This document shows, piece after piece, positions 19,697 through 31,938 of a DNA stretch of 64,000 nt. The DNA is taken from assembly GCA_963663965.2 (NCBI GenBank), contig CAXXFK010000001.1, positions 320,001-384,000 of the forward strand, read 5' to 3'. The position numbers and the translations under genes are program-made. This stretch comes from Sedimentisphaerales bacterium. Lineage in GTDB: Bacteria > Planctomycetota > Phycisphaerae > Sedimentisphaerales > SM23-30. The first letter of the stretch is position 1, and each line of letters opens with the position of its first letter. A model generated the notes under the pieces. It saw only the letters and a program-made list of their open reading frames with translations. It was not told the origin of the DNA and did not search any database.

Positions 19697-22264
19697 ATGA
19701 TTTGGAGGACGGAAATGTGTGCCAGTCATAAAAAGAACCGCTTGATTTTGGGTGTCGGTTTTTCCCTTTTAATAACGCTGTTATGCCCATTCAGTATCGC
19801 CGCGCCTGTGGATGCGTTGCGGGCCGAAGAGATCGCCTCAAACTGGCTGAGACGCTACCTCCAGCCACTGACCTGCAAAATGGCAGATGAAATCTTTACG
19901 GTCGAAACTCAACCGGATGAGAATGGCAGTGCTTTATATCACATTGTGACGTTGGCACCACAAGGTTTTTTACTCATTGCCGGTGATGACCGGATTGGCG
20001 ACGTAATCGCATTCAGCGATACCGGTTATTTTGATAATTCAACAGCCAATCCGCTCAGAACCATGATACAAAAAGACATGGCCGCTCTGATTCCAATTGT
20101 CGAGCAACTCCCCCAACCAATGGGAGTAAGCGCTCTTGGAATTGTGGCCGTGTCGGATCTTCGCGTTGCACCGTTTATTGCCAGCAAATGGAACCAGGCC
20201 GAGGCCAACGGCCAACCCTGTTATAATTATTATACTCCCAACCAATACCCGGCCGGTTGTGTCGCGACTGCCATGGCCCAGGTTATGCGTTACTTCGAAT
20301 ATCCGGACTTCGGTATCGGTGTCAGGTCGTTTACTATCGAAGTGGATGATGTCGGCTATACCGCCCAGACGCGCGGTGGCGATGGCGGCGGCGGTATCTA
20401 TCCCTGGTCGTCAATGATTTTGGATCCATCCGAAGGAATTACCGAAGAACAGCGCCAGGCGATTGGTGCGTTGTGCTATGACGCCGCGGTCACGGTCCAT
20501 ATGTCATTTGCAGCGGATGGATCCTCCGCATCGGCGACAGATGCGGCGGATACCCTGCACTCCGTGTTCGGCTACGATCAAACCATCTACGGCCGGAGCA
20601 TGGCCGGATCGATATCAAGCTCATCCCTGACTAAAATGATCAATCCGAATCTGGACGCGGGATTGCCGGCCATCATTGGCATCAGTCGCCTGACCAGCGG
20701 CCATGCCGCGGTGGTTGATGGCTACGGTTATCTGGGCGAAACCCTATACCACCACCTGAACCTGGGTTGGGGCGGCGATAGCGATGCCTGGTACGCGCTG
20801 CCGACCATCGACACCTCACTCTATACCTACACCTCCGTGGATGATTGTGTTTATAACATCTTTGTCACCGGTTCCGGAGAAATTATCAGTGGCCGGGTCC
20901 TGGATCAGGCCGGTAATCCGATCGGTGGCGTAACGGTTCAGGCAAAATTATCCGGTTCCATAAAAGCCGTGGATATCACGGACAACCTGGGAGTGTTCGC
21001 GCTGGTTGGTCTTCAATCCAATCGGACATTTACCCTGCATGCGGAATTATCGCCTTACGCGTTTAATGATGTGCCTGCCACCACCGGCAGATCGATGAAC
21101 GGTAACACCAGTTGCGGGAATAACTGGGGTATTCAAATGGTATCCACCACGGCCACTCCCCCTTCGGCTTTGGATCAGCAAACCGTTGTCCTGTCAGGCG
21201 AAACCATTACAGTTACACTACAGGCGTTTGATGAAGGATTACCCGATCCTCCCGGCAGTTTATCCTACCTAGTCGCTTCCCTGCCAGACCATGGCCGTTT
21301 ACTGGATCCCAACACGCCCGGCGCAGATCCCAATAGTGGGACCCCCATTTTATCGATTCCCTATACATTAACGGGAAATGCCGTGAATTACCAAACCTGT
21401 CCCGGCTATGACGGGATCGACTCGTTTCAGTTTAAAGCCAATGATGGCGGCATTGCGCCACTGGGAGGCGATTCGGAACCGGCAACGGTTTCTATCGAAG
21501 TCAACAGCGGCTTTGAAGTAACCTATAGCCCCGACAGTAACTGGGTAACCCAGTATTTTACCGGAACCGACACTCAGGCCCGGCGCATGCAAACCATTTA
21601 TCTGGCCGAAGAAATCACCGGTGATTTAACAGGGCCGCGCTTATTAACCGGAATGGCTTTCAGTGTTTATGAAAGTTCCGGCCTGCCGCTGTCCAACTTT
21701 GCCGTTCGAGCCAAACATACCACACTGGATGCCTATCCCGGTTCAAACAATAACTTCGATAATAGTGGATGGACAATACTGGTTCAGGACACCTACCAGG
21801 TCGATGCCGGCTGGCCGGAGATCACCTTCCAGACCCCATTCGATTATAATGGTACCGACAACCTGATCCTCGATTTCAGTTTCGATAACGATGCAACCCA
21901 ATCGGGTGGATTGATTCGAATGATCCAGACAGAAACCTATCGTGTAGTTGGATCTTATTCCAATAGCCTGGGCAATCCATTCACCTGGACCTGGTCTAAC
22001 GCTGGGACTTTTACCAGTGACAGTGTTCCATTTATTAAGCTGTTTCAGCAGATTTCTGGCCAGACGTTACCCGGCGACTGCAATAATGATTGCCAGGTCA
22101 CGTTAAACGATCTGGTTGCGCTGTGCGAGGCCTGGCTGGGCCAGACTGGCCAGGATCACTACAACTCAACCTGCGATCTTGCCCCGGAGAGTCCGGATGG
22201 CAAAATCGACCTGCTGGACCTGTCCGTACTGGCAGGCAACTGGCTCGAAACCAACTTTGAATAA
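19697..22264 (+). CDS. Secreted C10 (streptopain/SpeB-like) cysteine peptidase with Ig-like modules and dockerin-like C-terminus
   Basis: WNQ...YN..AGCVATAMAQVMRY, GHAAVVDGY and HLNLGWGG; GYDGIDSFQFKANDG tandem-Ig motif; GDCNNDCQVTLNDL...DGKIDLLDLSVLAGNWL. Start may be 19715. Confidence 0.85.
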   Translation: MIWRTEMCASHKKNRLILGVGFSLLITLLCPFSIAAPVDALRAEEIASNWLRRYLQPLTCKMADEIFTVETQPDENGSALYHIVTLAPQGFLLIAGDDRIGDVIAFSDTGYFDNSTANPLRTMIQKDMAALIPIVEQLPQPMGVSALGIVAVSDLRVAPFIASKWNQAEANGQPCYNYYTPNQYPAGCVATAMAQVMRYFEYPDFGIGVRSFTIEVDDVGYTAQTRGGDGGGGIYPWSSMILDPSEGITEEQRQAIGALCYDAAVTVHMSFAADGSSASATDAADTLHSVFGYDQTIYGRSMAGSISSSSLTKMINPNLDAGLPAIIGISRLTSGHAAVVDGYGYLGETLYHHLNLGWGGDSDAWYALPTIDTSLYTYTSVDDCVYNIFVTGSGEIISGRVLDQAGNPIGGVTVQAKLSGSIKAVDITDNLGVFALVGLQSNRTFTLHAELSPYAFNDVPATTGRSMNGNTSCGNNWGIQMVSTTATPPSALDQQTVVLSGETITVTLQAFDEGLPDPPGSLSYLVASLPDHGRLLDPNTPGADPNSGTPILSIPYTLTGNAVNYQTCPGYDGIDSFQFKANDGGIAPLGGDSEPATVSIEVNSGFEVTYSPDSNWVTQYFTGTDTQARRMQTIYLAEEITGDLTGPRLLTGMAFSVYESSGLPLSNFAVRAKHTTLDAYPGSNNNFDNSGWTILVQDTYQVDAGWPEITFQTPFDYNGTDNLILDFSFDNDATQSGGLIRMIQTETYRVVGSYSNSLGNPFTWTWSNAGTFTSDSVPFIKLFQQISGQTLPGDCNNDCQVTLNDLVALCEAWLGQTGQDHYNSTCDLAPESPDGKIDLLDLSVLAGNWLETNFE

Positions 22265-22294
22265 TACACGCTGATAAAATTAAGGAACATCCGT

Positions 22295-24220
22295 TTGATA
22301 CCAGGCACAAAGGCCCTATGGCAGGTTCTGTGGGTATGGTTCGCGATTTTTCCCATAGCGGATCTCACCGCACAGGAAATTATTCGCGTCACCTCACCTG
22401 ATGCTTCTAATGTTTGTATTCTCTCAACCGATCATTCCGGTCAGATTCACTATCGAATAGAACGCCATAGCGCCACCGTCATCGAAACATCACCACTCGG
22501 GCTCCGAGGTGAAAAGGGATCCTTCGAAAGCGGCCTGACCGTTATTGCGACTGGCAAAGAAAAAATCAGGCGCGAGCAATATACCATCCTGTCAGGAAAC
22601 CGGCTCAAAATCGACCAGACACTGCATGAAAATTTTATAGAAGTGCGGAACCGGCAAGGCGATTCCATGATCATTGACCTGGCTGCCAGCAATGAAGGCG
22701 TTGGCCTGCGTTATCGTTTCAAAGACCAAATCGCCAGAACGATCACTCAGGAACTGACTGGATTTACCATACCTCAGCATGCCATCGCCTGGATGCAGCC
22801 CTATCATTCAGCCGGACGTTACACCCCGGCCTACGAAGATTTTTATTTCCGGGTTCAACCCGGCGATCAGCCGCCTCGCTCCCGGCAGGATCCCCGCGGC
22901 TGGTGTCTGCCGGCCTTATTCAACCTCGATCAGGGAAATAGCTGGGTTTTGATTTCAGAAACCGGGATTGATAGTGGCTATTGTGCCGGCCATCTGGAAA
23001 ATGATCCCAACCAGACCGGCAGGTATCAGATCGCCCTGGCTTACGAAGATGAACGCACCGCGGCCCGCCGGTTCAATACCAATGCCAAACCTGCCGGCGT
23101 CTTGGCAAGCCAGACACCCTGGCGGTTGATTATCCTGGGCGACAAAGCCGGTGATATCCTCATGTCAACGCTGACAACAGACCTGGCCGCACCCTCTCAA
23201 ATTAAAGATACCTCCTGGATTCAGACCGGTCGCGCGTCCTGGGCCTGGTGGTCTCACCCCGATGGCCCTGCTACCGAAGCTCTGTTCAACGATTTTACCG
23301 ATCTGGCCGCCGAGTTTGGCTGGGAATACACCCTCTTCGACGCAGGTTGGTGGACACCGGGGCTGGCCGGTATCAGCGACTATGCCCGAAGTAAAAAAAT
23401 CAAACCACTGGCCTGGGTTCACGCCCAAGACTTTTATGATGACAACCGCCGGGAACGCAAACTGGAAGAATGTGCCGGCCAGGGGGCAAAAGGGGTAAAA
23501 ATTGATTTCTGGTGTTCCGACCGCCAGGAAGCCATGGCTGCTATCGAAGCATCACTACGCGCTTGTGCCCGACGGAAACTGGTTGTCAATCTGCATGGCT
23601 GTACCATTCCGCGTGGCTGGCTGCGTACCTGGCCCAATCTGTTAACCGCCGAAGCGGTGCTGGGTACCGAATCCTACTTTTATGAAAGCCGTTACCCCCA
23701 AAAAGCCGCCGAACTCAATACCATACTCCCCTTTACCCGCAATGTCTCGGCCCCAATGGATACCACCCCCATCGCCTTAACCATCCGAAAATATCCCCGC
23801 CAGACAACGGCTGCCCACGAACTGGCCACCAGTATTATTTTTTCCTCGGGCCTGATCCATTATGCCGATTCGGCCGAAATGTTTCGTTCGCTGCCCGATG
23901 CGGTACGCAAAATCTTAATCGATACACCGGCGGCCTGGGATGAAACCAGATGCCTGATCGGCGAACCCGGTCGATTGGTCATCCTGGCGCGACGAACCGG
24001 CGCCGTATGGTATGTGGCTGGCATCAACGGAACAGATAAGACCATTCCGGCCGATCTGGACCTGAACACTTTGGGCTCGAAACTGGCGTGCCTTGCCATC
24101 ACCGAAGGCCCCAACCCGCTCATGGACTTTACCATATCCAATACCAACACGGTTTCCCGATGGCAAAGCTCCCTGCCACCCTATGGGGGGTTGGTTCTCA
24201 GGCTTCATACTCATCATTGA
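22295..24220 (+). CDS. Glycoside hydrolase family 97
   Basis: SPLGL N-domain, TPWRLI, DTSWIQTGRASWAWW, GVKIDF, VNLHGCTIPRGWLRTWPN and WDETR motifs. Confidence 0.88.
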   Translation: MIPGTKALWQVLWVWFAIFPIADLTAQEIIRVTSPDASNVCILSTDHSGQIHYRIERHSATVIETSPLGLRGEKGSFESGLTVIATGKEKIRREQYTILSGNRLKIDQTLHENFIEVRNRQGDSMIIDLAASNEGVGLRYRFKDQIARTITQELTGFTIPQHAIAWMQPYHSAGRYTPAYEDFYFRVQPGDQPPRSRQDPRGWCLPALFNLDQGNSWVLISETGIDSGYCAGHLENDPNQTGRYQIALAYEDERTAARRFNTNAKPAGVLASQTPWRLIILGDKAGDILMSTLTTDLAAPSQIKDTSWIQTGRASWAWWSHPDGPATEALFNDFTDLAAEFGWEYTLFDAGWWTPGLAGISDYARSKKIKPLAWVHAQDFYDDNRRERKLEECAGQGAKGVKIDFWCSDRQEAMAAIEASLRACARRKLVVNLHGCTIPRGWLRTWPNLLTAEAVLGTESYFYESRYPQKAAELNTILPFTRNVSAPMDTTPIALTIRKYPRQTTAAHELATSIIFSSGLIHYADSAEMFRSLPDAVRKILIDTPAAWDETRCLIGEPGRLVILARRTGAVWYVAGINGTDKTIPADLDLNTLGSKLACLAITEGPNPLMDFTISNTNTVSRWQSSLPPYGGLVLRLHTHH

Positions 24221-24225
24221 GCCTT

Positions 24226-25680
24226 TTAACTCATCGTATCGTATACAGCCAACTGACGAATAAGTGGCTGTACGGTCGCCTGATCAATTTTCATTCGGAC
24301 AACAGAAACCGTAACCGGATCAAATCGTTCAATCCGTTTATGCCCCACAGCGGTTCCTTCGCATAAGGGTTGCCAGATGCCATCAGCGGCTAATCCATCT
24401 ATGCGATATGATCGAATACGTTCACCACATTCAATTTCCTCTTGCATAATAACATGATCGATCCGGCTGGGACGTCTCAAATCAAGTCGGATTTCATATC
24501 CCTTACCTTTTGTACTTGCCAATGGAGCAGTAAACCGGCGTTTTATCTCATTGCCAAATGCCGCCAGCCGGTCGATATCCGATTGCGGAACCAGGCCATC
24601 GGCATTGACCACTTCACCAATCACTAAATTGCAATTGCGTCCCACCGAACGATAATACATGTCGACCAATGCATTGACTGGATGCGCACCATGATCCTGG
24701 CCCGGCTTCCAGAACCAGTTGTGAATCCCTGCCGCGCCGCGCAATGGCACATCCACCATCCCAGGCGACCAGACCGTTCCCTCCGGATCGCCTGTGCCCA
24801 GCAGTGGCCGCCACTCCGTTAAATTGTGTGAAACCCGTTCATCAACATTCGGCATCGTCGCCCAGCAGGGGTAATCGGCATACCCCTCCTCATTACCGAT
24901 CCAGCGATGATCCGAACGCTGGGTGGAATGATAAAAAACCGAATCAGGTTGGTACTTCTCAAAAATAGGCAGCACATCCGGCCCGCCATCCTCAGGCGCT
25001 TTCACACCGGCGTCATACCAGATCTGAACCAGATCGCCATAGCGCGAACAAAGCTCTTCCGTCATTTTCTCGGCAACCCGATTAAATGCCGCCTGCCTGG
25101 CTGTCCCTTTACCTTTCCCCCAATCGACATAATGTCCCCACACTTGCCAATACGCGTTGCGATGCGTACTGAAATAAATTCCCGGCAGAATCCCAACCCT
25201 TCGACAGGAATTGACAAAATCCCCGACGATATCCCCCTTGCCATTACGCCAGGCAGCCTGCTTCAAACCATAGGGATACAAATCGCTTTGCCACTGCATA
25301 AAACCATTGAAATGTGTCGCGGTAAATATCGCATAGCGCGCCCCGGCCGCCCTGGCCGCCTCCAGCCATTGATCGGTATCCAGCTTAACCGGATTATACT
25401 GTTGCGGATCGAATACGTCCCGATAGGCATTATTGCCACTTTCATGGCGGCCCACCGCCACCGAAGCGTCAAAGTGATAAATCACTCCCACTTCACAATC
25501 TTGCCAGCGAACCTGACCGCTTGTTGGCTTAGGCAGTAACAGACTCTGCGATTGACAAGGATCTTTAGCCGATAAGTTCCCTGCCGGGCGCTGGCAGGAT
25601 GATAAACCACCGATTACGCCGGTAGCCCCCAGGATACTTGAAGCAATAAATTGACGGCGTGAAATGGATGATTGTTTCAT
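24226..25680 (-). CDS. GH29 alpha-L-fucosidase-like, Tat (lipo)protein
   Basis: SRRQF Tat motif, GVIYHF, DTDQWLEAA, IWYD, RWIGNEEG and YYRSVGRN; C-terminal discoidin-like domain. Confidence 0.88.
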   Translation of the reverse strand: MKQSSISRRQFIASSILGATGVIGGLSSCQRPAGNLSAKDPCQSQSLLLPKPTSGQVRWQDCEVGVIYHFDASVAVGRHESGNNAYRDVFDPQQYNPVKLDTDQWLEAARAAGARYAIFTATHFNGFMQWQSDLYPYGLKQAAWRNGKGDIVGDFVNSCRRVGILPGIYFSTHRNAYWQVWGHYVDWGKGKGTARQAAFNRVAEKMTEELCSRYGDLVQIWYDAGVKAPEDGGPDVLPIFEKYQPDSVFYHSTQRSDHRWIGNEEGYADYPCWATMPNVDERVSHNLTEWRPLLGTGDPEGTVWSPGMVDVPLRGAAGIHNWFWKPGQDHGAHPVNALVDMYYRSVGRNCNLVIGEVVNADGLVPQSDIDRLAAFGNEIKRRFTAPLASTKGKGYEIRLDLRRPSRIDHVIMQEEIECGERIRSYRIDGLAADGIWQPLCEGTAVGHKRIERFDPVTVSVVRMKIDQATVQPLIRQLAVYDTMS

Positions 25681-25765
25681 GGGCCGCTCCTGATATGAGT
25701 AATATTCATTCTATATTGGCTTCAGATTGTAAATAAATGGCTGGTATATGAGAAGTTAAAAATAC

Positions 25766-25794
25766 TTGCCACCAGCCGGGTAATCCGGTACTAT
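25766..25794 (+). promoter_or_regulatory. Sigma70-like promoter for pgi
   Basis: TTGCCA-N17-TACTAT. Confidence 0.45.
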
Positions 25795-25936
25795 TTTTTC
25801 CTGATATTTATACCGTTTACAATTGAAAATGCCCGCTGGGCCGTGAAATAAGTGTTTTACAAGTCATTACTTATGTTGCGAGCGATCGGGAATTTTCATA
25901 CCCATTGGGTATATTTGCCCTTTACCACCAATCTAG

Positions 25937-27595
<1,659 letters not shown>

Positions 27596-27660
27596 AACAT
27601 TTATTCCCCCCATTTCAAAACCCCCTGCATGGCTTGTCCCAGAAAAGTTAAGCCATGTAT

Positions 27661-27696
27661 TTGACTTTTTAATATAAGACCAATATAGTCTTATAT
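27661..27696 (+). promoter_or_regulatory. Promoter overlapped by a perfect 9-7-9 inverted-repeat operator
   Basis: TTGACT (27661)-N17-TATAGT (27684). ATATAAGAC-CAATATA-GTCTTATAT at 27672-27696. Confidence 0.7.
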
Positions 27697-27733
27697 AGTA
27701 ATCGATAATTTATTCCTAATTTTGGAGATTTTC

Positions 27734-28078
27734 ATGAGTTGTCAAGGCTGTAGTTGCAATAAATCGTTTCCAACCGCTCAGGCTTTTGCCTTAAACGAAC
27801 TGGTGGATTATCAGGATGGCTCGATCGTCAGTCGCGAGATGATCGCCCGGCAATATGGCACGGTTTCCACCTTTGCTTTCGATCAGGGCCAAAGCCTGAG
27901 TGAACACACTGCTCCCTTCGATGCCTTTGTGTATATTATCGAAGGTCAGGCGCAAATCATTATCAGCGGCCAGACTCATGAACTCTCTGCCGGCCAGATG
28001 ATTATTATGCCGGCTAACGAACCTCACGCGGTCAAAGCGCCCCAACAATTTAAAATGATGTTGGTGATGATACGATAA
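27734..28078 (+). CDS. Cupin-2 domain protein
   Basis: YQDGSIVSR, FAFDQGQSLSEHTAPFDA and MPANEPHAVKA motifs; N-terminal CQGCSC. Confidence 0.85.
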   Translation: MSCQGCSCNKSFPTAQAFALNELVDYQDGSIVSREMIARQYGTVSTFAFDQGQSLSEHTAPFDAFVYIIEGQAQIIISGQTHELSAGQMIIMPANEPHAVKAPQQFKMMLVMIR

Positions 28079-28102
28079 TTCCCCTTACGGAGATGATAAA
28101 AT

Positions 28103-28294
28103 ATGAAAACGCAAGTAAATCCTGATACCTGTATCGGCTGTGGACTTTGTGTTGACGTCTGTTCGGAAGTCTACGAAATGAATGATGATGGCGTCGCCGT
28201 TGCTAAAGTGGCGTTGATCCCGGATAACGCTGTCGCCCAATGCCGGGAAGCCGCTGACAGCTGCCCGGTTGACGCGATCGCTATCGAAGATTAA
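28103..28294 (+). CDS. Small single-cluster ferredoxin
   Basis: CIGCGLC...CPVDAI, 63 aa, GGAG RBS. Confidence 0.9.
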   Translation: MKTQVNPDTCIGCGLCVDVCSEVYEMNDDGVAVAKVALIPDNAVAQCREAADSCPVDAIAIED

Positions 28295-29637
28295 TGTTTA
28301 CTCCTGTTCTGGATCAGATGGCTGGAAGCTGCATAAACGAACCAGCCCAGAATAACAACGCCGGCCAGGACAATCAGGCCGGTACGCTTGAACTCCCACG
28401 CGTATGTGATACAATTGTACAGCATAAACAGGCAGCAACCGCAAAAAACTGCCGGGGTAACAGGATACCCGGTAACCTTATATGCACGCCTGATATGGGG
28501 TTCTTTTTTGCGCAAACGATATACCGATAAGCCGGTCCACAGGAAAAACAACCAGACCACCGGCGCGGCATAAATAATGGTATCGATAAATGAACCGGCC
28601 AACACGATAATCGCCAGACTGATGACGCCCTGTAATAACAGGGCCCGGATGGGTGTATTTAAAGAACCATGCCACTGCCCAAACGGCCGGAAAATTGCAT
28701 GATCCCGGCCCATGGCATAGGTAATCCTGGCGCCGGTAAACACCAGACCGTTTACCGCCCCCAGGGCGGATATGCAAATAATGACGGCAATGGCGCGCCC
28801 GGCCAGTTCCGGAAACCGGGTGGCCATCGTTTCAACGGCAACCGCCTCAGAACCAGCCATCCGGTCATAACCCAGCGCATACAGGAAAGCCACATTAACC
28901 AGCAGGTAAAGCGTCATCACCGATACAGTGCCCAATACCAGGGCCCTGACAATATTCCGTTGCGGTTTTTTGACTTCAGCCGCCACATAAGCCATTTCAT
29001 TCCAGCCGCCGTAGGTAAACAGAACCAGTATCAGCCCCAGGCCGATACCGCCAAACCCTGCTTCCCGAGCAACCGGAGGTTGCGATGTTGAAGAGGCCAT
29101 AAATCCCGCCAGAATAACAGCCATCAAACCCAGCGCCTTAAGAATAGTCAAAATATTCTGCGTCCATTTGCTTTGTTTCACACCCAGAATATTTACCAGC
29201 GTCAAAACAACAACCGCCAGTATTGCGTACCAGAGCCGGCTTCCCGGAAATTCATATAACTGGCCGGCGTAGCGCGCAAAGATAAACGCCATCAAGGCAA
29301 TATCGCCCGGACGGACAACCACCAGCTGTGACCAGCCAAACAGATAACCCGCCCATCGCCCCCAGGCCCGGGTCAAATAGAGATAATCACCACCAAAATC
29401 AGGATACGCGCTGGCCAGTTCGGCATAACACAGTGCGCCACTTAACGCCAGCAAGCCGCCGGCCAGCCAGATGGCAAGGGTACCCAGCGAGCCGCCCATA
29501 CACCCTGCCACCGTCGGTGCGGTCTCATAGATACCGGCCCCGATAATAATCCCTACGATAATGCAGGTAGAATCGAACAGCGAAAGCTGTCGCCGGGGTG
29601 ATTCCAGTTCATTGACGGATTCGGAATGATCAGGCAT
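28291..29637 (-). CDS. APC-family amino acid permease
   Basis: IVGIIIGAGI, ALCYAELA, GGDYLYL and YGGWNE..EVKKPQRNI motifs; about 12 TM helices. Confidence 0.92.
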   Translation of the reverse strand: MPDHSESVNELESPRRQLSLFDSTCIIVGIIIGAGIYETAPTVAGCMGGSLGTLAIWLAGGLLALSGALCYAELASAYPDFGGDYLYLTRAWGRWAGYLFGWSQLVVVRPGDIALMAFIFARYAGQLYEFPGSRLWYAILAVVVLTLVNILGVKQSKWTQNILTILKALGLMAVILAGFMASSTSQPPVAREAGFGGIGLGLILVLFTYGGWNEMAYVAAEVKKPQRNIVRALVLGTVSVMTLYLLVNVAFLYALGYDRMAGSEAVAVETMATRFPELAGRAIAVIICISALGAVNGLVFTGARITYAMGRDHAIFRPFGQWHGSLNTPIRALLLQGVISLAIIVLAGSFIDTIIYAAPVVWLFFLWTGLSVYRLRKKEPHIRRAYKVTGYPVTPAVFCGCCLFMLYNCITYAWEFKRTGLIVLAGVVILGWFVYAASSHLIQNRSKH

Positions 29638-29646
29638 CGGATTGAC

Positions 29647-30360
29647 TTATCGCTTTTTCAAAGTAACACTAAGTCCCTGCCTGTCCTGATGCAGAAACAG
29701 GGTATCCAGATTCGGATTCGTCGTAATCTCCTTGATATAATCCTGCATCTGAGGCCCCGCATTGGTCGTATTATGAGCAATAATCAATCCCCCGGCGCGC
29801 ACCTTTGGCACAAGCTGATTCATGTAATCCATATACCCGGATTTATCCGCGTCCAGGAATAGAATATCGATAGGACCCTCCAGCTTTTTTACGGTTTCAT
29901 GAGCGTCACCCATTACCAGGGTGATGATATCCTCCACTCCGGCGCGCGCGAAATTTTTCCGTGCCTGTGAAGCGCGTCCTTCATCAATATCATGCGTAAT
30001 CAATTTACCCCCGGTTTTACGAAGCGCCAGCGCCCACCAGATCCCCGAATAGCCGTTGGACGTGCCGATCTCAACCACTTTTTGTGCGTTGGTCGTTTCA
30101 GCCAGCATCCGTAGCAACCGGCCATCCTCCGGCGGAACATTCATCATGCCGCGGCTTTCTTCCTTGTTCATGACATCCAGAATATCCAGGATCTTTTTCT
30201 CCGCTTCATCCTTGGCCACAGGATCTTTATCCATACTGGCGCCTGAAGCGCCCATCCCCGGCCCCTGACCGGGCCCGCCACGGCGCTGCGCCACCAGATT
30301 ACCCACGGTAACAACAAAGAATATAACCACCAGAAAAGTAACAACACCCTGTTTTGACAT
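29647..30360 (-). CDS. Class I SAM-dependent O-methyltransferase with N-terminal signal-like segment
   Basis: VVEIGTSNGYSG, ILFLDADK and GGLIIAHN motifs; hydrophobic N-terminus followed by a Gly-rich linker. Confidence 0.88.
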   Translation of the reverse strand: MSKQGVVTFLVVIFFVVTVGNLVAQRRGGPGQGPGMGASGASMDKDPVAKDEAEKKILDILDVMNKEESRGMMNVPPEDGRLLRMLAETTNAQKVVEIGTSNGYSGIWWALALRKTGGKLITHDIDEGRASQARKNFARAGVEDIITLVMGDAHETVKKLEGPIDILFLDADKSGYMDYMNQLVPKVRAGGLIIAHNTTNAGPQMQDYIKEITTNPNLDTLFLHQDRQGLSVTLKKR

Positions 30361-30555
30361 GATCTGCTCCTTGTTATCATGTATCACTAATGATTGAAAC
30401 AACTCTTGAATTCAACGTAAAACTTCAAATATCCCTGCAAGAAAACCCGCCTGACCACAAATATAATTGAAAACCTCTTACATTGCACATTTTGTAACTA
30501 TCTTATTTAAAATGCCTTACAGAAACAATGACAACAAATTCAACTCTTAAGGCTT

Positions 30556-31707
30556 CTAGTCCTGTTTTGGTTTCACCTTGCCTGATTTCTCAATAGACTC
30601 AACCTCGAGATTGTCATCCACATTTGATTCGCCGATCACCTTAAAACTATCCATTGCCGGAAGCATATGACCTTCAGCATCAAAAAGCGCATTCTGTCCA
30701 CCCTCCCAGCCGCCCGGTTTCTTCATTGGCACCGATTCCGGATACCACCAGACCACCCCGATCCCTCGTTTATCCGGCGTTGCCCGTACGGTTTTTACCA
30801 CTGTTTCTAGAAAAATTTTCTGCCCTTCCGGTGTCCGATCAAATTCATCATACTCCTCAGCGGCTCCAAAATACGGCCAGGCGGTCTCAACCAACAGGAT
30901 ATTTTTCTTGTAACGCTCCGCCGTCGCCGCCAGGTTCGCCTCTAACTGTGCAATAGTCCCATGCCAGCGCGGATAATAACTCTGACCAATGATATCATAA
31001 TCAATCCCAGTACGATTCAACTTGTCAAAAAACCATCGGGTTTTATCAATATCGCCCCCCCAGGCAACATGAATCATGATCCGAACCGAATCTTCTGGTG
31101 TCGTCGAGCGTCTCACCCCCCGTATTCCAGCCTTAAGCAGTCGAGAAAATTTCTCCCACTGAATATCCGAATCATTCCTGCCGTCCGGCCAGATAAAGCC
31201 GCCATTCACCTCATTACCAATCTGTACGATATTCGGCAGCGCCTGCTTCTCTTTCATCTCAGTCATCACCCCGGCAGTATAGGTCTCCACTGTTTTTTCC
31301 AGCTGATCGAACGTCATACCCTCCCAGGCTTTCGGCTTATATTGATGCCCCGGATCGGCCCAGGTATCCGAATAATGAAAATCCAGCAGGAATGTCCCGC
31401 CGGCCGCTTTTATCCGGCGACCCAGTTTTATTACATAGGGAACATCCTGAACCACGCCGCCTTTTCCGGTCGGATTCACAAATAAACGCACCCGGAAACA
31501 GTGACAGCCATGATCCATCATCAATTGGATCAAATCCTTGGGCTGACCACCATCTGAAAACTCGATTCCCGCCTCTTCCAGTTTGGGCAGCATCGAGATA
31601 TCACCACCCACATAAAATGGATCGGTATCAACCGGAAGATCAACCGAGAATCCCAAGGAAACCATACACAACGAATAAAACAAGATTAGCAATATGTTTT
31701 TTTTCAC
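30556..31707 (-). CDS. GH53 endo-beta-1,4-galactanase
   Basis: GGDIS, RVRLFVNP, LDFHYSDTWADPGHQ, VQIGNE, SYYP and VET motifs. Confidence 0.92.
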   Translation of the reverse strand: MKKNILLILFYSLCMVSLGFSVDLPVDTDPFYVGGDISMLPKLEEAGIEFSDGGQPKDLIQLMMDHGCHCFRVRLFVNPTGKGGVVQDVPYVIKLGRRIKAAGGTFLLDFHYSDTWADPGHQYKPKAWEGMTFDQLEKTVETYTAGVMTEMKEKQALPNIVQIGNEVNGGFIWPDGRNDSDIQWEKFSRLLKAGIRGVRRSTTPEDSVRIMIHVAWGGDIDKTRWFFDKLNRTGIDYDIIGQSYYPRWHGTIAQLEANLAATAERYKKNILLVETAWPYFGAAEEYDEFDRTPEGQKIFLETVVKTVRATPDKRGIGVVWWYPESVPMKKPGGWEGGQNALFDAEGHMLPAMDSFKVIGESNVDDNLEVESIEKSGKVKPKQD

Positions 31708-31938
31708 GTTGTTTACCCCGTCATATTGAATAAATCGAAATTTGATCGTATGCAGTTAACAACTGCAACGAATTGACCATTATTGCAACTTATGCTGCGA
31801 TTGAGGGTATTCCCTCCTGAATTTTCTTGCATTTTCCCGGTTTCCATCGAAAATAACACCCTTTAATCTAATTTGCGGCCTGGCCCCAAAATATGATAAA
31901 CCATTTTATTTCAACAGGTTCTGAAAACGACGAACATT

